NCBI GenBank assembly: GCA_965228855.1
Contig: CBDDIJ010000003.1
Span: forward strand, 1,312,001 to 1,376,000
DNA: 64,000 nt
Origin: Candidatus Obscuribacterales bacterium
Lineage (GTDB): Bacteria > Cyanobacteriota > Vampirovibrionia > Obscuribacterales > Obscuribacteraceae
Direction of reading: 5' to 3'
Shown piece by piece: positions 9,521-19,330 of this stretch; within the stretch, counting starts at the first letter, position 1, and each line of letters begins with the position of its first letter. Below the pieces are notes generated by a model. The model was not told the origin of the DNA, did not search any database, and saw only the letters and a program-made list of their open reading frames with translations. The position numbers and the translations under genes are program-made.

Positions 9521-10750
9521 ATGACCAAACCTGAGCCAGACAACCTGAAGTCCGTGATTGCGAAGAGTAACGCAGTGGCGGTTATTGTCGTGGTTTTGCT
9601 GGTCAACTTTGCGTTTGCGTCTTTAAATCCCTTCGGTAAAACCACGTTAGCTGATTTGCCTAAAGACCATAGCTGGATATCCTGGACCACGAGTGACTTC
9701 GTCGGTCAACCGGCGACTCCCGATATCGTCTTTCTAGGGTCATCCCTGCTTTTGCATCCGCTGACGATGCTCGATGCGCACCATTTGAAAAGGACCGTCG
9801 ACTACGCTGATTACCATCGCAGTGCATACACTGAAGAGCGAATTGCGGCGAGCATGGGCGTTAAGAAGCCTATTGCCTTCAACTTCGCAATGCCTGGTGG
9901 CATGATATCGGACGATTGGATTATCACAGAGGCGATGGTTCGTTCTAGCAAGAAACCTAAGCTTATAGTTCTTGGTATTTGTGCTCGCGACTTCATGGAT
10001 TGCAAGGTTCGCTGTCCAGGCGTGATGCCGACCTTCAAATATCTGAGTAAGGCAATCGATATGCAGCCTGTTCTTGATCTTGCCCTCCCAAATCTTACTG
10101 ATAGAACCGACTTTGTAATTGGCAAGATAGCTTATTTGTGGGATGTAAAACCCGCTATCCAAGAACTTCTTCGGGGGCAGACCAGAAGTGCCTTTGCTGC
10201 CTGTGGTGTTACAAATGGTGCTTCGCAGTTTACACCTGAGCAACTAGACAAACTGTTGACGGCTGACATGTCGGCCGAATTAGAACGAGGAATGATGGTT
10301 GAAGAGCCAGACAAAGAGCGGCCTTTCTCTGACAATACGCTTGAGTATCTTCAAAGGTATAAGCATCGTCATGAATCCCTTTTTGCTTCCGAAAAGAAAT
10401 TTTTCGAGAAGCTTCTGATTGCAGCAAAGTCCAATGATATCAAAGTCGTAGTCGTGAATATGCCGCTTACAACACTCAACGTCAAACTCATGCCGCCTGG
10501 TACTTACAATGATTATCTAAATACAGTGCAGACTCTGACATCCAAGCATGATGCCGTTTTTGCTGATTTTAACGATGATGATCGATTCCCCTCGAGTTTG
10601 TTTTACGACACCGTTCACATGAATTCCGCCGGCGGAAAGAGGTTCGTAGACGCGCTTGTAGAACTGATTTCCGCAGATAAGGTTTGTATTGAGAAGTTGT
10701 CGTCACCCGGAGCGGATGGTATCGCAGCTGGTGGCGGCCCGCCACTCTGA
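9521..10750 (+). CDS. SGNH/DltD/AlgJ-like partner, copy 2
   Basis: N-terminal TM, VFLGSS, DTVHMN; paralog of 5811-7016. Confidence 0.75.
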   Translation: MTKPEPDNLKSVIAKSNAVAVIVVVLLVNFAFASLNPFGKTTLADLPKDHSWISWTTSDFVGQPATPDIVFLGSSLLLHPLTMLDAHHLKRTVDYADYHRSAYTEERIAASMGVKKPIAFNFAMPGGMISDDWIITEAMVRSSKKPKLIVLGICARDFMDCKVRCPGVMPTFKYLSKAIDMQPVLDLALPNLTDRTDFVIGKIAYLWDVKPAIQELLRGQTRSAFAACGVTNGASQFTPEQLDKLLTADMSAELERGMMVEEPDKERPFSDNTLEYLQRYKHRHESLFASEKKFFEKLLIAAKSNDIKVVVVNMPLTTLNVKLMPPGTYNDYLNTVQTLTSKHDAVFADFNDDDRFPSSLFYDTVHMNSAGGKRFVDALVELISADKVCIEKLSSPGADGIAAGGGPPL

Positions 10751-11185
10751 CGTAAGCGAACCGGGCTGCTTGAACATACGGATGGTCGTATTGTCGACTG
10801 TTTGTATTATTGGCAATTTCGGTCCGAAAGCGCTAAAAATCCGACGGAGCCTGTGATTCAGGCGATGTAGACAGTTCGCTACTCCCAGCCAATGTATTTG
10901 TCGTATGTACGACCATTCAACAAGAGAACTTGTGGAACGGTCGTATATCCGTATTTACATATTTAGGTAAGTCCGTAAATTGGAATGCTCATCAATCCGG
11001 TTTTGTTTTTACTCTGAATTTGTAGAATGCGTCGCGCTTAAGCGGAGCGTCTAGAGACGCTCTACGCGTTCGTTCCCGTCAGTAAGTAGAGAAGCTTTTA
11101 ACATAACGCTTGATGAATGAAAGCAAGAATTGGAGCCCATTCCGACTATACTTTTAGCTTGTCAGGAATACGGAGCTGACGATAG

Positions 11186-12307
11186 ATGAACTCACGGAAA
11201 CTCTCAATCGGCGCACTTGTTGTGGTTATCTCTGCGGCGTTTTTGTCGTACTTTTGCAAGTATTCGCCGGATATGACGCCGACAGTCGACCCGAAGTACG
11301 AGACAAGCGCGCCTGAACTGCAAACGGTTCCAAATCCGAAGTTCGCTGAGGGAATTCTCAACTCCAACATTGCAATGGTGCTGATCCACTCGGACTTCTC
11401 CGACAAGAACGCGCTGGCGCTAGATGCTCTTCGCACATGGGCGAAAGAACAGTTCAGTCAGGATATCCAGTATCTTCACCCCGTATCTTGGACAGTCGAC
11501 GAGAGTCAAAATACAATTTTTTCTGCCTTCGTGACTAACCTCATGGGACCCGCTCGTGGACTACTTGAAGGTGGCATCAAGCAGTTTCTCAGGTGGCGTG
11601 TGGATGAGTTTCACGGCTCTGATGCATATCAGAGTTTCCGCCTCGATTATTACAACCTGTTTGGCGTAGACCCTGAAGCTGCAACGCTTCTAGTGCGCTA
11701 CCAGGAAGAGCGAGCTAAGTTGGCAACCGAAGTTATTACCGGACTTCTCTATGTGATCACAGCATTCGCTGGCTGTCTGACCTACTACTTCGTTTCAACG
11801 CAATGGCTCTGCCGCGGTCGCCTGGCTTTGTCATACGGATGGTTGTCCGTTGCATTCATGTACACTGCCTGCGCCTGGTACGCGAATGAAGTCTCGTTTA
11901 TGGTATCGGCTGCGGTATCATGTCTGATCGGATTGTACCTTCGTTATCCGGTTTCGCTGTCGTTTGATGAGGCTGGTTATCTTGATGTGCGCGCCATTGA
12001 AATAAGTAGAAGAGTGGTTGCGGCCGTAGCCTGGATCTCGCTCACTCTGGTAGGAATTCAGATATTGACCTGGGTCAAAAGCGGAAGCTTAATGGAGCCC
12101 GATCCAGTGACTCTGTTGGTTTGCAGTGCAACTGGTAACTTCTTCCATGATCCATCAAACATCAAGAAAACCATCTCGCATGTTGTCGGAGTCATCTGGA
12201 TCCTTTCCAGTCTATCCACACTCTATGTCCTCAAGCAGGGCGCACCGGCGACTCCCGATCTTGAAAAACAACTCGAGTCACTCGAGAACACCGGCGTAGT
12301 CAGATAG
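11186..12307 (+). CDS. Hypothetical multi-pass membrane protein
   Basis: 373-aa ORF with an N-terminal TM, a soluble domain and about 5 C-terminal TMs. Confidence 0.7.
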   Translation: MNSRKLSIGALVVVISAAFLSYFCKYSPDMTPTVDPKYETSAPELQTVPNPKFAEGILNSNIAMVLIHSDFSDKNALALDALRTWAKEQFSQDIQYLHPVSWTVDESQNTIFSAFVTNLMGPARGLLEGGIKQFLRWRVDEFHGSDAYQSFRLDYYNLFGVDPEAATLLVRYQEERAKLATEVITGLLYVITAFAGCLTYYFVSTQWLCRGRLALSYGWLSVAFMYTACAWYANEVSFMVSAAVSCLIGLYLRYPVSLSFDEAGYLDVRAIEISRRVVAAVAWISLTLVGIQILTWVKSGSLMEPDPVTLLVCSATGNFFHDPSNIKKTISHVVGVIWILSSLSTLYVLKQGAPATPDLEKQLESLENTGVVR

Positions 12308-12324
12308 GCATATCACTTGATTCC

Positions 12325-12993
12325 CTATTCATCAGGAGATGGATGAGGAAGACCGGGGCAACCGTATTCTTCAAGCGAAGGTAAGTCTTTGACTTCCGGC
12401 TCCAGCCAATGAGGAATCACCTCACGGTTTTGAATTGAGTTTAAAACTCGCGCTGAGATATATCTGTCCGCTGCCCCGCCGGTGAGATTTTTCTGGCGAG
12501 CCTCCATACCGATCGAACGACCGATCATGTTGTTGTAGAGGTCTTTTCGCGTGTCCATATAGTGTGAGTACCTTCTGCCATCACCGGATAGGTATGCTTC
12601 GACGTACTCATTTGCTCTGAAGAGTAGATCCGCGATCTGCTCTCCGAATTCATAAGCCACAAGACCGGATCCAAAGGCATGTTGAAATCCGTTGATGACT
12701 TGCTTGTGGACTCGAAGCGGTTTGTGGTTGACCTGGATGTCGTAAGTAAACGCGCCGTACGTCTCCATCGATGGAATCTCAGTGAACTTGCGAGGCTGGA
12801 GCGACATTGGAATTAGTTCGCTTCTACCGAAAACCTTTTGTTCGTAAGCGCTTACTCGCCATATGACGCTGAAGACGTACAGAGCCAGTAATGCGATCGG
12901 TATCATGGCGATTGCCACCACACTCTTCAGCTTCGACTTCTCACATTTTAGGGGAGTACTAACTGCTGGTTTCTGCCGGACCGCTGTGGTCAT
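12325..12993 (-). CDS. Membrane-anchored DUF6973-like protein
   Basis: One TM; NGFQHAFGS and DLYNNMIGR motifs. ORF open to 13014. Confidence 0.6.
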   Translation of the reverse strand: MTTAVRQKPAVSTPLKCEKSKLKSVVAIAMIPIALLALYVFSVIWRVSAYEQKVFGRSELIPMSLQPRKFTEIPSMETYGAFTYDIQVNHKPLRVHKQVINGFQHAFGSGLVAYEFGEQIADLLFRANEYVEAYLSGDGRRYSHYMDTRKDLYNNMIGRSIGMEARQKNLTGGAADRYISARVLNSIQNREVIPHWLEPEVKDLPSLEEYGCPGLPHPSPDE

Positions 12994-13176
12994 ATTGGTG
13001 CCCCTTGATAACAACTGGTGTCTGCCATAAGGTCTATGACAATGATGAGTCAGAAGTGTTCCTGATGAGAAGTAAGAGTTGCGTTAAGCGACCGTGAACC
13101 ATGTCATAAATTGTGCACCGCAGGCAGTGCCCAAGCTGGTTTGGTAGAATGTGCTAACCGGAGAGAAATTAGGGAA

Positions 13177-13914
13177 ATGCGTTTACTCATCACAGTTATC
13201 AGTCTAGTGTCGTGTGTCATCGTTGGTGTCTGCGGTGCCGCATATGGTGGCTCGACCGGCAACGGTTTGTCAGTTTCGTCTGTTAAAGGCGACAGTGGGA
13301 CGAGCTATCACCTTTACGAGAGGGGGGCAGACCTGGATGTTGCCTGGCAAGTAAAAAGACCTTCCAAGAGCGATCCCAGGATAAGACTTTGTATCCCTGC
13401 TGCATTTACCACGACGACAGGCACCGTGGTCGGTATCTATTGTGTGAACGGCAAAATCGGCCATCGTAATCAAATTTCCAGACCAATTGGCGGTGTCCTG
13501 GAAATAGTGAATGGAAAGTTCAAGATTTTCCCGAGTAACAAAGGTGCTAAATTTACGCCCGAGTTTCTTGCCTCTCTGGAAAACAGCAAGGCATCTCTGT
13601 TTCAGCAATTTCAGCTAGTCGAGAACGGAACGCCTGCCAAGTTCAAAGACAAAAAACACTTTCAAATGCGTGCGATTGCAAAGTTCAGCAGTGGTCTAGA
13701 GGCCATTGTCGAGAGCGATACTGCAATTGATTTTAAAACTTTCAATTCCGATTTGGCGTTGATGGGTGTGAAAGACGCCATATATACCGATATGGGTGCC
13801 TGGGATGAAGGTTGGTATCGCGATTCGAAGACCGGCAACCTGGTTGCGATCGGTCTGGATCGTTCTAAGACCGACAAGCAAACTAACTGGGTGACCTTTG
13901 TTCAGCGTCCCTAA
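13177..13914 (+). CDS. Secreted hypothetical protein (possibly phosphodiester glycosidase-like)
   Basis: Signal peptide, PAAFT and AIYTDMG motifs. ORF open from 13111. Confidence 0.6.
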   Translation: MRLLITVISLVSCVIVGVCGAAYGGSTGNGLSVSSVKGDSGTSYHLYERGADLDVAWQVKRPSKSDPRIRLCIPAAFTTTTGTVVGIYCVNGKIGHRNQISRPIGGVLEIVNGKFKIFPSNKGAKFTPEFLASLENSKASLFQQFQLVENGTPAKFKDKKHFQMRAIAKFSSGLEAIVESDTAIDFKTFNSDLALMGVKDAIYTDMGAWDEGWYRDSKTGNLVAIGLDRSKTDKQTNWVTFVQRP

Positions 13915-15212
13915 CGGTTCAGTCGCTGCAGTTTCGAGATTGCATGACCAAAATATCTAATTGGCACGTTTGCATGTTCATCTTTTGTGTTCGCGAACAC
14001 AATCGGCGTGCCGGCTAGGTCTTGCGGTCCTAGAGGTCCACGGCCTCTCCTGCCATAATCTATGCTTATTAGATTCGGATTTCTGCGAACCAGAGCGGCG
14101 GCACTTTCTGCTTGCACTCCGCTCAGGCTGGCTGTTTCACCAGTCCACAAATTCAGAAACGCCGCTTTGCCGCTGGCGAACTTTCCGTTTCTCACATTAT
14201 GCTCAATCCAATCATCGACAGCTTGTTTGGTTTCATACTGCGAATCGAAACTGGCGAGAGTAGTGACTTTTTCGTATAACGGACTTGTTCTGAGTTGGTT
14301 AAGCTCGTGAGCGACAGCATTGTAGCCGGCAGAATGTGAGACGATCGTGATGTTGGAGATGTCACCTAATGTCTTTCCGTTTAGCCGCATTGACGCATCT
14401 ATTGCGCCGATGAAACCGGTTTTGAATTTACTGTTCGAAACACCATTGGCGGCACCGTCCACTTTTTGCCAGGAAGGGACGATGAGGATACTGTTCGGCG
14501 GAGCTTGAGCCATTTGTTCTTGCAGTCGGGCATTTCTGAATGCACTGCCTATGGTGTCATTCCATCCATGGTTGTAAACGATAACGTTAACCGGTTTTGA
14601 TGGATCGAAATTTGGATTGACGTAAACCTTCGCGTCTGGGATTCTGCCCATCGTGCGAGCATCCAGGCGGTCGCTCAGATTGAATGTTTGTGCGCTGCGG
14701 ACTACCTGGCGCTCAGGCGCTTGTTGTCGATCGCTTGGTGCGTTTCTTTGCTCTCCTGGCTGCTGCGGTCTCACTGTATCTTGAGGAACGGGCGCTTCTC
14801 TCCTGCGCAGTTGAGGTTGATCCCAGCCGGGTCTCGATGGATCCCATACTGGTGACCGATTTCGTTGCTCGTTAGGAGCAGAGAAACGTTCGGTTTGACG
14901 CTCCGGAACCGTCGCACGTTGAGTTTCAGGCACCTTTGCCGACGGCTCCTGCGACCTTATCCAGCGACGGTCGTCAGCCGTGTCGATTGTAAGCCTGGAC
15001 CGGCCGAGTTCGGATGTAGTTGCCTGAGCAACTTCAATTGGTATCTGCGGTGACGCTTGCGTATTTAATGGCACAGTGAAATCCAGGGTCGGCGGTTCAA
15101 GACGACCTGTGGTTTGACCCCTGGGCGCCTCTAAGTACGCCGGCTCGAAGGGAATCGAAGTTAGCGACTTCGATTCTGTTGACTTTGCAGGCTGATCAAG
15201 GCCTGAAGGCAT
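13911..15212 (-). CDS. Hypothetical protein with disordered N-terminus and alpha/beta-hydrolase-like C-terminus
   Basis: VYNHGW, SHSAG elbow, FDS and late His (DEH). Confidence 0.65.
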   Translation of the reverse strand: MPSGLDQPAKSTESKSLTSIPFEPAYLEAPRGQTTGRLEPPTLDFTVPLNTQASPQIPIEVAQATTSELGRSRLTIDTADDRRWIRSQEPSAKVPETQRATVPERQTERFSAPNEQRNRSPVWDPSRPGWDQPQLRRREAPVPQDTVRPQQPGEQRNAPSDRQQAPERQVVRSAQTFNLSDRLDARTMGRIPDAKVYVNPNFDPSKPVNVIVYNHGWNDTIGSAFRNARLQEQMAQAPPNSILIVPSWQKVDGAANGVSNSKFKTGFIGAIDASMRLNGKTLGDISNITIVSHSAGYNAVAHELNQLRTSPLYEKVTTLASFDSQYETKQAVDDWIEHNVRNGKFASGKAAFLNLWTGETASLSGVQAESAAALVRRNPNLISIDYGRRGRGPLGPQDLAGTPIVFANTKDEHANVPIRYFGHAISKLQRLNR

Positions 15213-15444
15213 AGTGACTTCCTCGATTACCTGGGCTCAAATCCGTTTCTGCATACATGCAGAAAGACTTGAACTCTAGACATGTTTACTAAACCAGTTC
15301 ACTCCTTCCGAACCGGAAGGTCACTGATCGCTCTAGTGGTGGCGAAGTTCATAGGGTTAGGGGAGTCACCACATTCATGGAGTATGAAGCATCAACGTCA
15401 TCGTTTTGTGACATAGTCTCCAAGCTGATATGATTAACCCTCAC

Positions 15445-15528
15445 GCCCTTGTGTCGGAACTGGTATACGAGCCGCACTTAAAATGCGGTGCCCGTAAGGG
15501 ATTGAGGGTTCGATTCCCTCCGAGGGCA
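15445..15528 (+). tRNA. tRNA-Leu(TAA), intronless, CCA not encoded
   Basis: Acceptor GCCCTTG/CGAGGGC+A, D-loop GGAACTGGTA, anticodon arm CCGCA-CTTAAAA-TGCGG, variable arm CCC-GTAA-GGG, T-arm GAGGG-TTCGATT-CCCTC. Confidence 0.96.
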
Positions 15529-15550
15529 GTTCTTTGAAACTTTTATATCT

Positions 15551-16378
15551 TCAGTGCAGCCCCAGGCTGTGCAAACATGATCTTGTGATAGTTCTGGCCA
15601 CCCGACCCGTGGCTTTATCCTCCGCAGAAATATTTGTGGCGAAGATATAGGGGTTGTCGTCTTCAACGACGTAACCCACGAACCATCCCATCGTTGTCTT
15701 CTTGTTTTTCATGTCCGTACCCGTCTTGCCTCGGAGCACGCTTGAGCCATCATCTGAGACGACTATCAGTTTCTTGACGGTTTCCATTGCGTCCTTGGAA
15801 AAGGGCAGTTCGTTCTTATAAAGCCGGGTCAGGAACTTGACTTGCTCGTCAGGCGAAATCTTCAGTGAATCACCGAGCCAAAACTTTGTGATACCGCCGG
15901 ATATATCTTCGTTGCCATAGCCTACTTTGTGGATGTATTCCTTCATGCGAGCTTCGCCGATATCTTTGGCGACTTCCTGGAAGTACCAGACCGTTGAATC
16001 TTGAATCGCACTTTGTAGCGTGTGGTCATGGTTCCACGAGTCCAACCAGCGCCTGGTACCATCCCATTTCTTTTTGTCATCCGGTCCGGACAGGACTTTG
16101 CTGTCGAGTCCGGCAAGTGAATTGAAAATTTTGAAAGTGGAGCAGGGTGAAAACCGCTCTGCGCAACGTTTCTCATTGAATCGAATGTATTTGTCATTTT
16201 TCAAATCGTAGAGAACGAAAGCTCCCTGGTAGCCCTTGAACTTATGTTTTAAATCGACGTTGCTTTTCAACGTGACCGCTTGAGCCGGTTTCTGATCCAA
16301 ACCGAGCGCCGCGGCCGTTGCCAGCGCGATAGATGCAATGGCTGTCACGATAAGCTTCTTTGTCAATCTATTTTTCAT
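15551..16378 (-). CDS. Class D (OXA-like) beta-lactamase / BlaR sensor-like protein
   Basis: Signal peptide; PCSTFK, STVW, YGN, KTG and GWFVG motifs. ORF open to 16435. Confidence 0.9.
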   Translation of the reverse strand: MKNRLTKKLIVTAIASIALATAAALGLDQKPAQAVTLKSNVDLKHKFKGYQGAFVLYDLKNDKYIRFNEKRCAERFSPCSTFKIFNSLAGLDSKVLSGPDDKKKWDGTRRWLDSWNHDHTLQSAIQDSTVWYFQEVAKDIGEARMKEYIHKVGYGNEDISGGITKFWLGDSLKISPDEQVKFLTRLYKNELPFSKDAMETVKKLIVVSDDGSSVLRGKTGTDMKNKKTTMGWFVGYVVEDDNPYIFATNISAEDKATGRVARTITRSCLHSLGLH

Positions 16379-16486
16379 TGATTCCTCATTGTTCTGAATT
16401 GGATGCCACCGGAGATGGTGGCATCCAGAACTCATAGCTCACGACGCCGCTACTTCAATTTCCGCGCTTTTGCATCAGATGCGATA

Positions 16487-17332
16487 TTACTGCTTGGAGG
16501 CTGCGAGCTGTTTGATCTTGACCTTATTCTCTAAAACGCCGATGCCTTCTACTTCCATCCTTACGACGTCGCCGTCTTTGAGCCAACCATACTTTGCCGG
16601 CTCAATTTCTTTGTTGGTTTCAGGATCAATTTTGGCGGAATGTTCCGCGATGCAGCCATTACCTACGGTGCCGGAGCCGATTATATATCCTGGTTCAATG
16701 CCGATGTTTTGCTGACCAAGCCAGGCCATAATGCGCGGAAAGCTCCAAGCCGCTTTCGACTTGGTTTCCGGATGCGTGTGATAAAGGGTGTTGGCGTTGG
16801 TTCTCGAGCGTTCCTCACCGTTCACAGTCAAAACCATTTCCATTTCGAGAACGCCGTGCTCGTCCATTTTTATGTCTTTGGCTGCCACCAGCTTCGGACC
16901 AATGCTGTTGCCAATAACGAATTTGCTGTTTGCTGGACCCAAACCCAGCATGTCTTTTTTCTGAATATCGCGAGCCGACCAGTCATTAAGAATAGTCAGG
17001 TAGCAGTGGTCTTTGAAAAACTTGAGAGCTTCTTCTTCGGTTTTGAGCAAAGCCTTTTGAGTGACGTAGCAACCGATTTCGAATTCAAAGTCAGGAGCTT
17101 TGACGCATTCCGGAATAGTTACCTCATCACCAGGTCCGAAAAGTTTGTCGGCGGTGATGTCGACTATGTAGTACGACCCGTGGTCGTACCATGCCGGCCA
17201 TATGCTGGTGCCGCGCTTGTCTCTGATTTGTTTGACGTGGGTTTCGAAGCCGAGGAAATCGAGCAGGACTCGAGGTTCTGGCACTTTCGTTCCAAATATC
17301 TCGACCATATTTTGGCTTTGTGTGTAAAGCAT
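16487..17332 (-). CDS. Fumarylacetoacetate hydrolase family protein
   Basis: DFLGFETH, DFEFEIG, NDWSARDIQ, GSGT, WLKDGDVVRMEVEGIGVLEN; GGAGG RBS before ATG 17332. Confidence 0.9.
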   Translation of the reverse strand: MLYTQSQNMVEIFGTKVPEPRVLLDFLGFETHVKQIRDKRGTSIWPAWYDHGSYYIVDITADKLFGPGDEVTIPECVKAPDFEFEIGCYVTQKALLKTEEEALKFFKDHCYLTILNDWSARDIQKKDMLGLGPANSKFVIGNSIGPKLVAAKDIKMDEHGVLEMEMVLTVNGEERSRTNANTLYHTHPETKSKAAWSFPRIMAWLGQQNIGIEPGYIIGSGTVGNGCIAEHSAKIDPETNKEIEPAKYGWLKDGDVVRMEVEGIGVLENKVKIKQLAASKQ

Positions 17333-17538
17333 GTTGCCTCCGCTTTGCGACCGGGTGTCAAGAGAACCGCAGGGTGTCCCTGGCTTCGATGATTTGACGT
17401 TCGAAGCCGACAAATTATCGCAGCTCTGCTGCTGTTTCCTTTATTTCTCAATATTGCCCTTATAAATCCGGTTTGACAGATTCAAGAACGGTTTAAAGGC
17501 GATAAACTGTTGATTTGAGACTTGGCAGCGAGGTGTAT

Positions 17539-17973
17539 ATGGACGACGAGGAACTCTTGAAGGTCGGTTCCCTGCTCAACCAGCGTTGCATGGGTGGTGT
17601 TCCTGACTTGATGCAAGAGGAGCTTGATTACATGCTTCTCTGGGAGTTGAACTGCGAAATCGATCGGGGCACTTTCGATCAGTATCTGACGGTCGCAGCA
17701 GGCGATCGAGTTCTGGATGTTGCATCCGCACTGGAGCGCCTGGGCTCTACGCAAATGGTTGCGGTGTTGAATCAGGTTATCGGCTTGTTGCCAGGCGGAT
17801 GGTGCGAAGACCTGAACGAAAGGCGCATTCGGGTCGCTGCCGTCCCAAACGGCCCGGCCATGTTCAAAGCGCTGACTCAGGCATACTATGACGCCCTCGA
17901 AGCAGAGCAGACCGTGAGTGAGCGTATGATGGGGCGAATTCACGAAGCTTACATTAGACGCGGGCTAATTTAG
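17539..17973 (+). CDS. DUF4375/DMP19-like acidic protein
   Basis: ELNCEIDRGTFDQYL...ALERLG pattern; GAGG RBS. Confidence 0.65.
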   Translation: MDDEELLKVGSLLNQRCMGGVPDLMQEELDYMLLWELNCEIDRGTFDQYLTVAAGDRVLDVASALERLGSTQMVAVLNQVIGLLPGGWCEDLNERRIRVAAVPNGPAMFKALTQAYYDALEAEQTVSERMMGRIHEAYIRRGLI

Positions 17974-18065
17974 TTTTTAAACATAACTGCGTGGTTTTTG
18001 CCTCGGTTCAAAACTGCTTGAGCTGTTATACTCTGGGCTTGTCTTTTGGCGCGGAGTCAGCAGCT

Positions 18066-18452
18066 ATGAAACATTCCGAGGCATTCGTCAAACTCGTCGA
18101 CGAGGTCAGACCTCACATCACCGAGACCACTCCTGAAAAGGTTCTGCCGCGTTTGCAGGCCGGGGAGAAGTTCCATTTTGTCGATGTGCGGGAGGACAGC
18201 GAGTGGGAAGCGGGACATGCTCAGGGCGCTATCCACATAGGTCGTGGTGTGCTTGAACGCGACGTCGAAGGTATCATACTCGATAAGTCCGATGAAGTGA
18301 TTCTCTACTGCGGAGGAGGCTATCGATCGGCGCTGGCCGCATTCAATATGCAGAAGATGGGCTACACAAACGTGGTTTCAATGGACGGAGGCATTCGTCG
18401 CTGGCGCGAATTGGCTTATCCGGAGGAGAAACCTCAGCATGCGAAAGTATAG
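18066..18452 (+). CDS. Single-domain rhodanese (sulfurtransferase)
   Basis: VDVREDSEW, GH, LYCGGGYRS, SMDGG. Confidence 0.92.
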   Translation: MKHSEAFVKLVDEVRPHITETTPEKVLPRLQAGEKFHFVDVREDSEWEAGHAQGAIHIGRGVLERDVEGIILDKSDEVILYCGGGYRSALAAFNMQKMGYTNVVSMDGGIRRWRELAYPEEKPQHAKV

Positions 18453-18690
18453 CCCCGTCATCGCCTTTGGTATCAGTATCGCATGCGGTGCTGCCGCTCT
18501 GGCCGGAGAAGCGTCGGACGCATTCGTTCCGATTCAGGATTCGACCTCCCGAGATCCAGCCGGTATGCAGCTTATGTTCATATCGATTGGAATTCTCGTG
18601 ACTATGGTGGTTGCAATTTTTACAGTGACCACAATCTACATGGTTAAGGGGAGCAAAAAGAATCGCCGGCAAAACGAGAGCTCAGACTGA
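18439..18690 (+). CDS. Small membrane protein
   Basis: Signal-like N-terminus, one TM and a basic tail; overlaps the rhodanese stop. Confidence 0.6.
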   Translation: MRKYSPVIAFGISIACGAAALAGEASDAFVPIQDSTSRDPAGMQLMFISIGILVTMVVAIFTVTTIYMVKGSKKNRRQNESSD

Positions 18691-18837
18691 TTGACGGAGC
18701 CTCCGACTCTACGATTAATGGCAGTATCTGAAACCGTCAGCCTGCTATCGTTTTCGGTGCTTCTGGTAGTCAAGTATTGTGCTAATGCCAGGCACCACCG
18801 ATAATATCATCGGAGTGGCGAACGCTAGAAAGCAAAA

Positions 18838-19275
18838 TTGATGAACAGTAAAAAGAAGGTATCACCGAAAGCTGATCCCATCGCACTGAACGGTTTCGAA
18901 GCCCTTCTGGATAAGGCTCATGTTGAAGTCGCAGAGCCAATCCAGCCGCAGAAGCCGGATGGAGTTCAGCTCGAGAAAACGACGACGTACTACGAGACGA
19001 GAACGTTACTTGAGCTCCTCGGGCAAGTGCAGAAGGTGCACGAGCTTCTGAATGAAACCAATAAACGTTTAACCAGTGCCTATTCGCGCGTACAGCATAT
19101 GGAGAAAGTTGTGGAAGATCAAGAGAAGAAACTCGAAGTAATTCCCGCTCTCGAGAAGCAAGCACAGAGAGCGATTGAACTGCAAGACAAGCTCGATAAG
19201 GCTATCGCCGAACTAGAGAAGTTGCGCCAACCCTGGTGGCATCGTCTCTCCAATAATGGAGTCAACAAGATCTAG
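18838..19275 (+). CDS. Coiled-coil hypothetical protein with PWW tail
   Basis: Heptad-rich E/K/Q/L sequence ending in RQPWWHRL. Confidence 0.7.
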   Translation: MMNSKKKVSPKADPIALNGFEALLDKAHVEVAEPIQPQKPDGVQLEKTTTYYETRTLLELLGQVQKVHELLNETNKRLTSAYSRVQHMEKVVEDQEKKLEVIPALEKQAQRAIELQDKLDKAIAELEKLRQPWWHRLSNNGVNKI

Positions 19276-19330
19276 TTCATGCGAAACTGATATTGCCAGA
19301 GGCGAGATGCATTATGTATCTCGCCTTTTA

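Noticed and set aside
16640..17392. 250-aa plus-strand ORF (likewise 32017-32811 and 45559-46164)
   Set aside because: Antisense shadows of well-supported genes with no recognisable motifs.
15445..17973. tRNA-anchored genomic island
   Set aside because: No integrase, and I found no duplicated tRNA 3' end (att site).
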